This document shows, one piece after another, positions 18,436 through 26,566 of a stretch of 44,017 bases of DNA. Each line of letters starts with the position of its first letter. The first letter of the stretch is position 1. Position numbers and translations under genes: made by a program. The stretch covers positions 299,219 to 343,235 of the forward strand of contig CAYMVY010000001.1 in NCBI GenBank assembly GCA_964394405.1, read 5' to 3'. Source of the stretch: an uncultured Gammaproteobacteria bacterium. GTDB lineage: Bacteria; Patescibacteriota; Patescibacteriia; Magasanikbacterales; UBA922. The notes below the pieces were generated by a model that saw only the letters and a program-made list of their open reading frames with translations, was not told where the DNA came from and ran no database searches.

Positions 18436-19241
18436 TTTGTTGCGGTTTGTTGCTGAATGTTGCCGTTTTGTGTATTTATAAATCGGCTACACACCTCTGC
18501 GATCGCCTCACTCTCGGTCATTTTGGTTTCTTTTGTCAGGGTATTTAACGCTTCGTCTATCACGCCTTTTTGCGGATTAGTCACATTGAAACTCATAAGG
18601 GCGATAGTCTCTCTTTGCTTATTTATATCTTTGACTGCTTTCTCGACCTTTACGCCTTTTGCTTTCGCAAATGCAGTCACGGCTTTTATAAATTCATCGG
18701 CTGATGCTTCCGGGTCTTTGTCTACGATGAAATTCAAAACGACAGTATTTTCTCGCTCTGCTTTTTTAAGCTCGATCATTTTCTTTTCTATCTCATCTTT
18801 TACTAAGTCGAGAGCATCTTTGACATTGATATCTTCCTCGCCAAGATTTGAAGCAATGTCTTTGATTGAATATCCGTTTTGAGTTAACTCGTAGGCGAGC
18901 TTGCCGAGTTTTATTTGCTGGTTTGAACCGTGAATGTTATCGGTCAATCCATAAAGCTTGGCTTCGTCCTCATTTTTGAAATTATGGATATTGGCTTCAA
19001 TCTCGGTTTCGCCAAGTTCGCCGAGCACTTTCCAAGTGTGGTATCCGCCTACGATCACATAGCCGTCTTTGACTTTCATGTTCGGCCAGACTCCCACTTG
19101 TATCGGTTTGGTTTGTCCGTATTTGGTCAAAGCTTTTTTAAGAGATGCGAATTGCCGAGCGTTCATCTCGTTTGGATTCCACCAGTTCGGAACGCACTCT
19201 TTTATTTTCACTATTTTGATTTCGGTTTTTTCTTTTTTCAT
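18432..19241 (-). CDS. ParB N-terminal-domain (ParB-like nuclease/CTPase fold) protein.
   Basis: The N-terminal block IKIVKIKECVPNWWNPNEMNARQFASLKKALTKYGQTKPIQV ... VIVGGYHTWKV resembles ParB/Srx-fold domains. Its start overlaps the methyltransferase gene by 4 nt. Confidence 0.7.
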   Translation of the reverse strand: MKKEKTEIKIVKIKECVPNWWNPNEMNARQFASLKKALTKYGQTKPIQVGVWPNMKVKDGYVIVGGYHTWKVLGELGETEIEANIHNFKNEDEAKLYGLTDNIHGSNQQIKLGKLAYELTQNGYSIKDIASNLGEEDINVKDALDLVKDEIEKKMIELKKAERENTVVLNFIVDKDPEASADEFIKAVTAFAKAKGVKVEKAVKDINKQRETIALMSFNVTNPQKGVIDEALNTLTKETKMTESEAIAEVCSRFINTQNGNIQQQTATK

Positions 19242-20257
19242 AAAGTTACTATCATGTATTCGATGTTATTGCTTTGGTTTCGACCTCCGGCATTGGCCAC
19301 ACTCCATTTGTGTTCCATCATCTGCACTTCGGCTTTGCGATGTTTCTGCACCATCGCCAAAAGTTTTTCCGGCTTCATTCCCACATCCTCTTTGTTTTGT
19401 CCAAGTGAGATGATCCACTGCGGAATATGTTTTGCCGACTCAAGCATTTTTTCCAAAAACTCATCAGCATCGTTGTTGGAGAAACCGCTCGGTTTGTTGT
19501 CCAGCTTTTTATTGGCAAGAATGTTATCTAAAATCCCATACTCAACTTCGTAGGCAGAAGAGCCAGGATAAGGAGGATCAAAATAAATAACATCACCCTT
19601 AACTTCTTTGAGAAAATCAAACACATCCTGTTGGTGTATTTCATTGTCTTGATGGTTATCAAAAATGCCATGATTAATTTCGTCTTTTAATTTTTCCAAA
19701 GTCATCATCGGATTCTGTATCATCCGCAAATTCTTTGGGGCGTGAGACTTGGACCGAAGTGGCCACTCCCATTTTCGAGCTTCTAAATCCAGCGTGTCCC
19801 GGGTATGTGTAAACTTTCCGAACTGTCGGCAGGACAGAATAAACTTGATGAGTAAATGCAATAAAAGATAGCGTTTTGTTTCGTTTTCCACTTTGTTGGC
19901 GGAAGCGAAAGCATTATCTAAAAATTCGGCAATCTTGGTAGTGAATACTTTCGGGCAGTAATTCTTTTTTATAAAGCTGTCGTGTTTTGTTTCAAAAAAT
20001 AATCTCGCTAAATCCTCGGATTCAAGTTTGACGGAATTGTTTGCGATAATCGCTCGACCAATGATCACTGATCGGAAGGCGATGTCATTGCTTATAACTT
20101 TGTATCCTTTTGCTTTTGCATAGAGACTCACTGATCCGCCTCCCAAGAATGCATCAATAAAAATTCCCTCGGTCTTTTTGATCGGCTTAAAAATGTGCTT
20201 GACCAGTTTTCTTTTTCCGCCGAAGTAACTCGGCAATGCTTGAAATTTACTAAACAT
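19238..20257 (-). CDS. Dam-family (D12 class) N6-adenine DNA methyltransferase.
   Basis: Motifs are present in alpha-class order: FGGKRKL, DAFLGGGSV (FxGxG) and VIYFDPPYPGSS (DPPY). Confidence 0.9.
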   Translation of the reverse strand: MFSKFQALPSYFGGKRKLVKHIFKPIKKTEGIFIDAFLGGGSVSLYAKAKGYKVISNDIAFRSVIIGRAIIANNSVKLESEDLARLFFETKHDSFIKKNYCPKVFTTKIAEFLDNAFASANKVENETKRYLLLHLLIKFILSCRQFGKFTHTRDTLDLEARKWEWPLRSKSHAPKNLRMIQNPMMTLEKLKDEINHGIFDNHQDNEIHQQDVFDFLKEVKGDVIYFDPPYPGSSAYEVEYGILDNILANKKLDNKPSGFSNNDADEFLEKMLESAKHIPQWIISLGQNKEDVGMKPEKLLAMVQKHRKAEVQMMEHKWSVANAGGRNQSNNIEYMIVTL

Positions 20258-20276
20258 ATTTTTTTAATTCTCAAAT

Positions 20277-20388
20277 CTCTGGCACGCCCACATCCCTTGT
20301 ATATTTTTTATTACCCGAACCCTTGAGCTCGGGCAGTGTGAGGTCGATTAACAAGATTGGATGTCGACCGTTATTGGGCGTGGCAGAG
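20277..20388 (-). ncRNA. Three-helix structured element (closing helix plus two internal hairpins) in the leader of the Dam/late operon.
   Basis: ctctggcacgccca (20277-20290) pairs with tgggcgtggcagag (20375-20388) at 13 of 14 positions. Internal hairpins are cccga/tcggg (20314-20333) and ggtcga(t)/(g)tcgacc (20342-20369). The strand call rests on the promoter at 20517-20545. Confidence 0.45.
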
Positions 20389-20405
20389 AGCTGGTAACAA
20401 ACAAA

Positions 20406-20456
20406 AAGAGCTCGCGATCGACTACCACAAAATGTGATAATTAATCGCAAGCTCTT
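20406..20456 (-). ncRNA. 13-bp hairpin with a 25-nt loop in the same leader.
   Basis: aagagctcgcgat (20406-20418) pairs with atcgcaagctctt (20444-20456). The single non-Watson-Crick position is C.A on the plus strand but G.U on the minus strand, which favours a minus-strand RNA. Confidence 0.45.
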
Positions 20457-20477
20457 AAACTTGGAATTCCTTTCAGG

Positions 20478-20493
20478 ATGCCTCGTGAGGCAT
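20478..20493 (-). other. Small hairpin (6-bp stem, 4-nt loop) at the 5' end of the leader.
   Basis: The sequence is atgcct cgtg aggcat. Confidence 0.3.
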
Positions 20494-20516
20494 AACTCTA
20501 TTTGATTGTTAATTGC

Positions 20517-20545
20517 ATTATACTACTTTTCAAAAAACAGCACAA
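20517..20545 (-). promoter_or_regulatory. Sigma70-like promoter reading toward the Dam/ParB/terminase genes.
   Basis: The minus strand reads TTGTGC (20545-20540), a 17-nt spacer, then TATAAT (20522-20517). Confidence 0.5.
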
Positions 20546-20561
20546 TAGTTTTTTCTGTGCA
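20531..20561 (-). terminator. Weak terminator candidate after the PD-(D/E)xK gene.
   Basis: The minus strand reads GCACAG..loop..TTGTGC followed by TGTTTTTTG. The stem is only 5-6 bp, and the element overlaps the promoter above. Confidence 0.3.
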
Positions 20562-20575
20562 TAATTTTTTAGCTT

Positions 20576-21043
20576 TTAGTCTGTGTGGAATTTATTCATG
20601 ATTTCCAAATATTTCTTTTGCAATTCAGGGTTAACCCAGCTTGCATCTAACGGAATTATCGTCTGTTTGGATAGTATGTTTGAACAGCTGTCGAAAAAGA
20701 AGCCATCCGGTGTGGCCACAAAAAGCCAAGCGAGTTTCCATCTATCATGTACTTTTTGTGCAGTTTTGAGCACTTCATCAGCACTCATTCTTGTTCTGAA
20801 TTTAACTTCCACTAAAAATACTTGCTTTTGATTATGAGAAATAAGGGCAAAGTCTGGGGTGTTTCGTATCGATTCAAGAACTTCTCTGTGTTCAACCAGT
20901 CGGGCAAATTGTGCAATTTCAGGAACAGTTGATTCATAACCAAAAGGTATGACAGTAAATTCAGAAGCCTCTCGGAACATCTGATCAAAAATAATCTCGC
21001 CAATTTTTCCCTTTATAAGTTGAAATGTGAAGTCTTTTTGCAT
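20576..21043 (-). CDS. Small PD-(D/E)xK-fold nuclease candidate.
   Basis: The 155-aa protein has GKIGEIIFDQMF (helix with Glu), then TPDFALISHNQKQVFLVEVKFR. This gives PD, 15 residues, then E-V-K. Confidence 0.55.
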   Translation of the reverse strand: MQKDFTFQLIKGKIGEIIFDQMFREASEFTVIPFGYESTVPEIAQFARLVEHREVLESIRNTPDFALISHNQKQVFLVEVKFRTRMSADEVLKTAQKVHDRWKLAWLFVATPDGFFFDSCSNILSKQTIIPLDASWVNPELQKKYLEIMNKFHTD

Positions 21044-21071
21044 AATTTTGGCCGTTTTTTATTACAGTCAT

Positions 21072-21101
21072 ATTGTAACACAAATTCGGCTTTTTGGGCA
21101 A
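21072..21101 (-). promoter_or_regulatory. Candidate promoter for the PD-(D/E)xK gene.
   Basis: The minus strand reads TTGCCC, an 18-nt spacer, then TACAAT. Confidence 0.35.
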
Positions 21102-21147
21102 TAACTGGTCATTTTAGGGGTTTTCCACTATTCACAGGAGGGTTGCC

Positions 21148-21176
21148 TTGCATTTACCGCTGTAATCCGTTATAAT
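21148..21176 (+). promoter_or_regulatory. Sigma70-like promoter of the seven-gene operon.
   Basis: TTGCAT (21148-21153), a 17-nt spacer, then TATAAT (21171-21176), ending 40 nt upstream of the Fic ATG. Confidence 0.6.
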
Positions 21177-21216
21177 CCACTATATAACTTATAGCGTTAA
21201 ATTATTAATCAAAAAT

Positions 21217-22287
21217 ATGAATATGGACGACATTTTCGACAAATTTGATCATCGCATAAAGAATCCCGATCCACAAATCGTGGCTCTTTTAGCTGAGATT
21301 GATGGAATTCGAGGCGAGTTTAAATCTGGCTTGCGAATGACTCCTCAAGCTATTACTAATCTCAAAAAATCTACACTGATCACTTCAGCTGGTGCTTCCA
21401 CTCGTATTGAGGGTGCAAGATTAACTGATGAAGAAGTGGAGAAAGTCATGAGAGGTCTTGCTGTCTCAAAATTTGCCGATCGTGATTCTCAAGAGGTTCA
21501 GGGATATTTGGAAACGCTTCAGAATGTTTTTGACAGCTATCAGAGCTTACCATTAAGAGAGAGTTTGATCACATCGCTTCACAATCAACTTCTTAAGTAT
21601 TCACACAAAGACGATACTCATCGTGGTGGTTATAAAAAGAAAGAGAATACTGTCGGTGTTCTTGGACCGGACGGAAACATCGCCCAAATAATGTTTGAAA
21701 CCACACCGGCTTACCTTACTGGCAAAGAAATGAATGAACTTGTTAATTGGACAAATGATGCTTTTGAGAAGAATCGTTTTCATAACCTCCTAATCATCGC
21801 AAACTTCATCGTTGAGTTTTTGAAAATCCACCCATTCGAAGATGGTAATGGTCGTCTTTCTCGTGTCCTTACAAATCTATTGCTTTTACAGTCGGGATAT
21901 CAATTTATTCAGTATGTTTCTCACGAGCAAATAGTTGAACGCAGAAAAGATGAATACTATATCGCTCTACGAAAATCACAAGAAACTTTCAAGACTGATC
22001 ACGACACAATCTCTCCTTGGTTGAATTTCTTTCTTTCAGCTGTCAGAGAGCAAGCAACAAAAGCATTATCATATCTCGAAGAGGAAAAGGTGGAAGATAC
22101 TCTCTCACCAAAACAATTCGAGGTATGGAAGCATATCTCAGGTGTCGGCGAGGCGGCTCCCGGCGAAATCGTCAAGGCAACAGACATTGCACTCGGTACG
22201 GTTCGCCAAGCACTCGACCGGTTGGTTGAACTTGGAAAGGTCAAGCGTGTCGGGCGTGGCCGTGGTACGAGATATGTAAAAATATAA
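21217..22287 (+). CDS. Fic-family protein (class II type with an N-terminal inhibitory helix) and a C-terminal winged-helix domain.
   Basis: The Fic core HPFEDGNGRLSR (21829-21864) matches HxFx(D/E)GNGRxxR. The inhibitory motif STRIEG (21397-21414) matches [ST]xxxE[GN]. The C-terminus GEIVKATDIALGTVRQALDRLVELGKVKRVGRGRGTRY is wHTH-like. Confidence 0.9.
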   Translation: MNMDDIFDKFDHRIKNPDPQIVALLAEIDGIRGEFKSGLRMTPQAITNLKKSTLITSAGASTRIEGARLTDEEVEKVMRGLAVSKFADRDSQEVQGYLETLQNVFDSYQSLPLRESLITSLHNQLLKYSHKDDTHRGGYKKKENTVGVLGPDGNIAQIMFETTPAYLTGKEMNELVNWTNDAFEKNRFHNLLIIANFIVEFLKIHPFEDGNGRLSRVLTNLLLLQSGYQFIQYVSHEQIVERRKDEYYIALRKSQETFKTDHDTISPWLNFFLSAVREQATKALSYLEEEKVEDTLSPKQFEVWKHISGVGEAAPGEIVKATDIALGTVRQALDRLVELGKVKRVGRGRGTRYVKI

Positions 22288-22306
22288 ACTTTAATTGGAA
22301 ATCGCT

Positions 22307-22822
22307 ATGAAAAAACAAGAAGATAAAAAAGAGGAAAATATACATCAGGAAGGTAAACGATATTTGAAGAAATTCGAAATCGTTGAGACTGATGTTGAAC
22401 TACCTATTCAGGGTCAGGTTCGTGATCCGGAGGACTTATATAAATTTCTTAAAGACTTGGAGAACGAGAATGTTTCCAAGATTATTGGAATTTATCTTGA
22501 TGACAAAAACTTATTCCTCGGTCATCAAGTTTTCCTCGGGTCATCTCCCAAGAATTTCGACACTCAAATGCTTTGGCATTACTTCTCTCTATTTTTGGCC
22601 AAGAAATTTATCATCATCATGAACCATCCGGGATCAATCGACCCGACTCCTGATGAGGCGGACCGAAAACTTATACGATCACTTCAAGCTGACTCGCAGG
22701 TTTTGTCATTTCATCCTAATTTCGAGGATTTTATTATCGTTTCTAAGCGTTCGTACTTTAGCATGGCGACAAATGATGGCACCGCTTGTCATTGTGGCCA
22801 TCAGGAATACATTCAAGAATAA
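22307..22822 (+). CDS. RadC-like JAB/MPN-domain protein with a degenerate metal-binding motif.
   Basis: The sequence aligns by eye to RadC (DPEDLYKFL..., IGIYLDDKNLFLGHQVFLGS, IIIMNHPGSIDPTPDEAD, EDFIIVSKRSYFSM). Canonical HNHPSGxxxPSxxD is MNHPGSIDPTPDEAD here, and the upstream conserved Glu position is Lys. The ATG is at 22307; the track start at 22295 is TTG. Confidence 0.6.
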   Translation: MKKQEDKKEENIHQEGKRYLKKFEIVETDVELPIQGQVRDPEDLYKFLKDLENENVSKIIGIYLDDKNLFLGHQVFLGSSPKNFDTQMLWHYFSLFLAKKFIIIMNHPGSIDPTPDEADRKLIRSLQADSQVLSFHPNFEDFIIVSKRSYFSMATNDGTACHCGHQEYIQE

Positions 22823-22825
22823 ATT

Positions 22826-23848
22826 ATGAAAAATTACTTTTATTTTAAAGATAAAAAGCAAGTCGTTCCGGTTTTGGACGAGGAAAAAAATAAGCAGGCA
22901 AAAAGTAAACTTGCTAATATCCTTAAAACCAAAAAGGAATTAATCCCTGATCGTTTTATAGAAAGATGGTCAGAGGTTGCTTTATATAATCCGGGTGGTG
23001 ATGTTGAGAAAGCAAACGCAATTTTAATCAATCCGGAAGATGGTGCCTATGATCTGTCAAATCCTTTAAACGATATGACAGGCAAAGAATGGGTAAAATT
23101 TAGTTGTAGTTGGTTCATTTTCAATGCACTCCAAAAAGACTTAAAAGAAGAGCGAGAAATATCTCCAAATACACAAGATCATCCGGCCACATTCTCTCCA
23201 ACGATGATTGAAGATTTTATAAAGTTTTTCACTAAAAAGGGAGAGGCTGTACTCGACCCATTTTGTGGCATCGGAAGCACTATGGTTGCTTGCAAGCGAA
23301 CAGGTAGGATTGGTTATGGAATAGAACTCAATAAAAAATACTACGATTTATCACTGAAACGAACGCCGGAATTCAAAAAAAGTATTTTCAATAAGAATGC
23401 AAAGGATATTAAAAAGTTGAATTTGCCGAAGATAGATTTTTCCATCTCATCACCACCATATTGGGATGTATTAAATAGAAGTACTAAGGATTTCAAAAAG
23501 GATAGAACAAAAGACGGTCTTGATGTTAACTATTCAGAAGCTGAAGAAGATTTGGGCAACATAGACAATTATGATTTGTTCTTAGAGAAATTAGCAGATA
23601 TATACTTTGATATTTTTGACTTACTCAAAGACGGTGGATACCTTGTTGTGATCGTAAAAAATATCAAGAAAGAAGGTAAAATGTACCCTTTGGCTTGGGA
23701 CATTGCTCGTATCCTCTCAAAGAAATATATGCTTAAGGACGAGAAGCTTTGGATACAGGATAAAGTTGGTCTTGCACCTTATGGATATCCATCAGCATGG
23801 GCAAGTAATATCCTGCATCATTATTGCTTAATATTCCAAAAAAAATAG
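22826..23848 (+). CDS. DNA methyltransferase, N4/N6 (PF01555-like) motifs in permuted order (motif I before SPPY).
   Basis: HPATFSPTMIEDFIKFFTKKGEAVLDPFCGIGST (motif I region) is followed ~55 aa later by DFSISSPPYWD (SPPY at 23450-23461). Confidence 0.85.
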   Translation: MKNYFYFKDKKQVVPVLDEEKNKQAKSKLANILKTKKELIPDRFIERWSEVALYNPGGDVEKANAILINPEDGAYDLSNPLNDMTGKEWVKFSCSWFIFNALQKDLKEEREISPNTQDHPATFSPTMIEDFIKFFTKKGEAVLDPFCGIGSTMVACKRTGRIGYGIELNKKYYDLSLKRTPEFKKSIFNKNAKDIKKLNLPKIDFSISSPPYWDVLNRSTKDFKKDRTKDGLDVNYSEAEEDLGNIDNYDLFLEKLADIYFDIFDLLKDGGYLVVIVKNIKKEGKMYPLAWDIARILSKKYMLKDEKLWIQDKVGLAPYGYPSAWASNILHHYCLIFQKK

Positions 23849-23849
23849 T

Positions 23850-25475
23850 ATGGCATTAAAGATTTCACAAATTGTAAATAATTTAATCGATGTAAGCGAT
23901 TTTAAACATGATCGCAAGTATTCTCGTGTTGCCAAACTTCACAAATACTGGTCAAGAAAGCCGTGGTTTGTGATTGATCAATATGTTCAGAAATATTCTA
24001 AAGAAAATCACCTTGTATTAGATCCTTTCTGCGGAAGTGGAATTATTGGGTTACAGTCCGTATTAGCAAACAGAAATTTTATCGGATACGATCTTAATCC
24101 TTTTGCTGTCTTTTTAGCAAAAACTTCTTTGCAAGTTGGTTATAACGAGACTTCTTTCGAAGATGACTTTTTAGCGATTGAGCAAGCTGTTCGGGAGAAA
24201 ATAATGCCTCTTTATGCGACCAAAGACAAATATATCCTATATACCATACTTGGAAAGAAAAACAGTAAAGATTACAACGCTGTAATTTCTGATCGTAACT
24301 TTCAAAACAAACAAAAAGTCAGTCTCTCAAAAAAAGAGCTAGAACCAACTGTAAAATTTCCGAAAAACCTCAAATATCCTGATAAAGACTTCCCAGAAAA
24401 ATTTTACAAAGACCGCTTTTCTTACAAGGGCGTGAAGCGAGTATCTGATATGTTCACGAATAGAAATATCCTTGCTTTGGCATTACTTCACACAGCCATC
24501 AACGAGCTACCTCTTAAGAACAGAGATTTATTTATGCTCGCTTTCACAAACACTCTATTGCATGTAAGTAAGTTGAAAGCCGAGAATGTTCGTCCTCTTG
24601 GTGTAAATAATTTCTGGATTCCAGATGATTTTATCGAAGAGAATGTTTGGTGGAGATTTGTCGATCGTGTACAAAATGTAAAAATGGCAAAAGAGGTTAT
24701 TTCAGAAAGGGCATCAAATAATAAAATTTCGAAGCCAACATCTAAAGTCTATAACAAGTCATCTCTCAAGATGTCTGAGATCAAGAATAATAGTGTGGAT
24801 TATTTGATTACCGATCCGCCCTATGGAGACACCATTCAGTATTCAGAACTTTCTTTTATTTGGAATTGTTGGCTTGAGAAAGACTTTGATATTGAAAAAG
24901 AGGTTATCATTAACCCGGTTCAAAACAAGGGAGTAACCGAGTATTATAACCAGCTCGTGTCTTTTATCGGCGAAGCAAAAAGAGTCTTAAAAAAAGACGC
25001 CTATTTCACGCTTGCTTTTCATAATAAGGACTTAAAAATTTGGATAAGCCTAGCAGAGCTAATCAGGGATCATGGCATGGAATTGGTAGACATATCAGCA
25101 TTCGATACCTTTGGTAGTCCATATAATAAAAATTGGGCAAAGTTCTCCCCGAAGTCCGACTTTTATGTAACTTTTATCAACCGAAACAAAAAAGTTGCCC
25201 CTCCTACTTCCAAGAAAGTGTACCCTCATCAGATTGCTAGTGAAATAATGAAATATCTCGGCAAGAATAATGGAAAACTTTTTAATTTGAATAAGGCTTA
25301 TGATGTCTTTGTCGGTGTAGTAATCAGTAAAATATTTGACGGTTCGCAGGTGGCCGAACACGAGCGGTTAAGTATAGAAAACATCACGAGTCTTTTCCGG
25401 GAATCGGCACCGCCTACCCAGAATCAAATCAAGAGCGGTGTACAGCAAAAATTACTTAACTTCGAACACATTTAA
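23850..25475 (+). CDS. DNA methyltransferase, second copy, with a long insert (putative target-recognition domain) between motif I and DPPY.
   Basis: LHKYWSRKPWFVIDQYVQKYSKENHLVLDPFCGSGIIG lies near the N-terminus, and YLITDPPYGD sits at aa ~322 (DPPY at 24813-24824). Confidence 0.85.
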   Translation: MALKISQIVNNLIDVSDFKHDRKYSRVAKLHKYWSRKPWFVIDQYVQKYSKENHLVLDPFCGSGIIGLQSVLANRNFIGYDLNPFAVFLAKTSLQVGYNETSFEDDFLAIEQAVREKIMPLYATKDKYILYTILGKKNSKDYNAVISDRNFQNKQKVSLSKKELEPTVKFPKNLKYPDKDFPEKFYKDRFSYKGVKRVSDMFTNRNILALALLHTAINELPLKNRDLFMLAFTNTLLHVSKLKAENVRPLGVNNFWIPDDFIEENVWWRFVDRVQNVKMAKEVISERASNNKISKPTSKVYNKSSLKMSEIKNNSVDYLITDPPYGDTIQYSELSFIWNCWLEKDFDIEKEVIINPVQNKGVTEYYNQLVSFIGEAKRVLKKDAYFTLAFHNKDLKIWISLAELIRDHGMELVDISAFDTFGSPYNKNWAKFSPKSDFYVTFINRNKKVAPPTSKKVYPHQIASEIMKYLGKNNGKLFNLNKAYDVFVGVVISKIFDGSQVAEHERLSIENITSLFRESAPPTQNQIKSGVQQKLLNFEHI

Positions 25476-25479
25476 ACAT

Positions 25480-26565
25480 ATGGAAATATACAAAGAAAAC
25501 TTTTTCAAAATATTCAAAGCCAATTTCAATTTTGAGATTGTCGAGACAGACTTGGGTACTGCCATAAAAATGCCAGCTAAGGAGGCTTTTATCTATAGCA
25601 GTGTCACTGGTGCCGGATATCTTGAGAACCCTATTTACCCATTTACTCCCAAGGGGCTCATGAAGCTTTTTTATAATGCCTTTAATTATAAATTCGTTTC
25701 CGGAATTTTTGACAACGGTGTTTTGAAAAATACACCCTTCATTCTTTCCCGTGCAAAACAATATCTTTTTGAAGGAGATAAATTTATAGTTCCAATCGAG
25801 TTTGAATCGGAAGAAAAATTGAACGATATGCTCAAGGCGAAGTTTGATTCTCTAAAAAATAGAGAGAATTACATAATTCAAAGAATTGAGACAAGCAAAC
25901 AAGGCAACGGCATGGAACCTTTTATGGAGTATTTGGCTGGTGAGTATTTCAGACACCTCGGCTTCATTGTTGAGAATCAGATTCCACTTGCTCACGCAAT
26001 AGGATCGCCTGATTTTGCCGGTTATGGTCTTAGCGAAATAATTACGAAGATAAGTAATTACGGTTATTTACCAATAGAGGGCTTTCATATGATTGAGCTA
26101 GCTCTTATAAGAAATTTCAAAAAGGATATTAAAACAAAAGCCGGTCATGTGACACATGATTTTATCGTAGGAGAAGCAAAAACTGGAACCGTCGTTATGA
26201 CTAAACAATTAGAGAAGTATCTCAATACCGGTTTGTTTGATCAGGGTTTTGAAATTTGCCCAACAAAGGCCAAACCGTCAAAAGATTACTTTGGTCTGAT
26301 ATCCCTTGATTCTGACTATAAAATAAAAATTACACTCCCCGAAGCCAAGTATGATGCAAAAAATCCATTATCTCGTGAGGAGTACACGACTTGGCTGGGA
26401 AATTATATAAAATTCTACCTGATTGCAAACTTCACGAACGATGAACTCAAACAGTTTCATCTTGAAGTCAGGGGCGAGGAAATCAATAAAGAGTCGGACC
26501 TCGTTAGTTTCGTTCTTGGGTTAGAAACTGAGACGATCTTGGAGAAAATTAAATCATTAAAATAA
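25480..26565 (+). CDS. Orphan protein; candidate PD-ExK nuclease (possible restriction subunit).
   Basis: The ATG at 25480 lies 4 nt after the methyltransferase stop (the track start at 25438 is GTG). It contains EPFMEYLAGEYFRHLGFIV ... GSPDFAGYG ... DFIVGEAKTG. The 54-residue D-to-ExK spacing is long, so the call is tentative. Confidence 0.4.
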   Translation: MEIYKENFFKIFKANFNFEIVETDLGTAIKMPAKEAFIYSSVTGAGYLENPIYPFTPKGLMKLFYNAFNYKFVSGIFDNGVLKNTPFILSRAKQYLFEGDKFIVPIEFESEEKLNDMLKAKFDSLKNRENYIIQRIETSKQGNGMEPFMEYLAGEYFRHLGFIVENQIPLAHAIGSPDFAGYGLSEIITKISNYGYLPIEGFHMIELALIRNFKKDIKTKAGHVTHDFIVGEAKTGTVVMTKQLEKYLNTGLFDQGFEICPTKAKPSKDYFGLISLDSDYKIKITLPEAKYDAKNPLSREEYTTWLGNYIKFYLIANFTNDELKQFHLEVRGEEINKESDLVSFVLGLETETILEKIKSLK

Positions 26566-26566
26566 T

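Noticed and set aside
20314-20333. The word cgaaccc(tt)gagct is shared, in inverted orientation, with 33078-33089. It could be a pair of inverted repeats or att remnants flanking the cargo block.
   Set aside because: Only about 12 matching bases with an indel are shared. Both copies already belong to local hairpins, so there is not enough evidence without a statistical scan or comparison with cargo-free relatives.
21217-22822. The Fic and RadC-like genes as a stand-alone toxin-antitoxin pair.
   Set aside because: The Fic protein carries its own intramolecular inhibitory motif. The JAB gene is more tightly coupled (3 nt) to the methyltransferase than to Fic (19 nt), so I kept them as parts of the larger operon.
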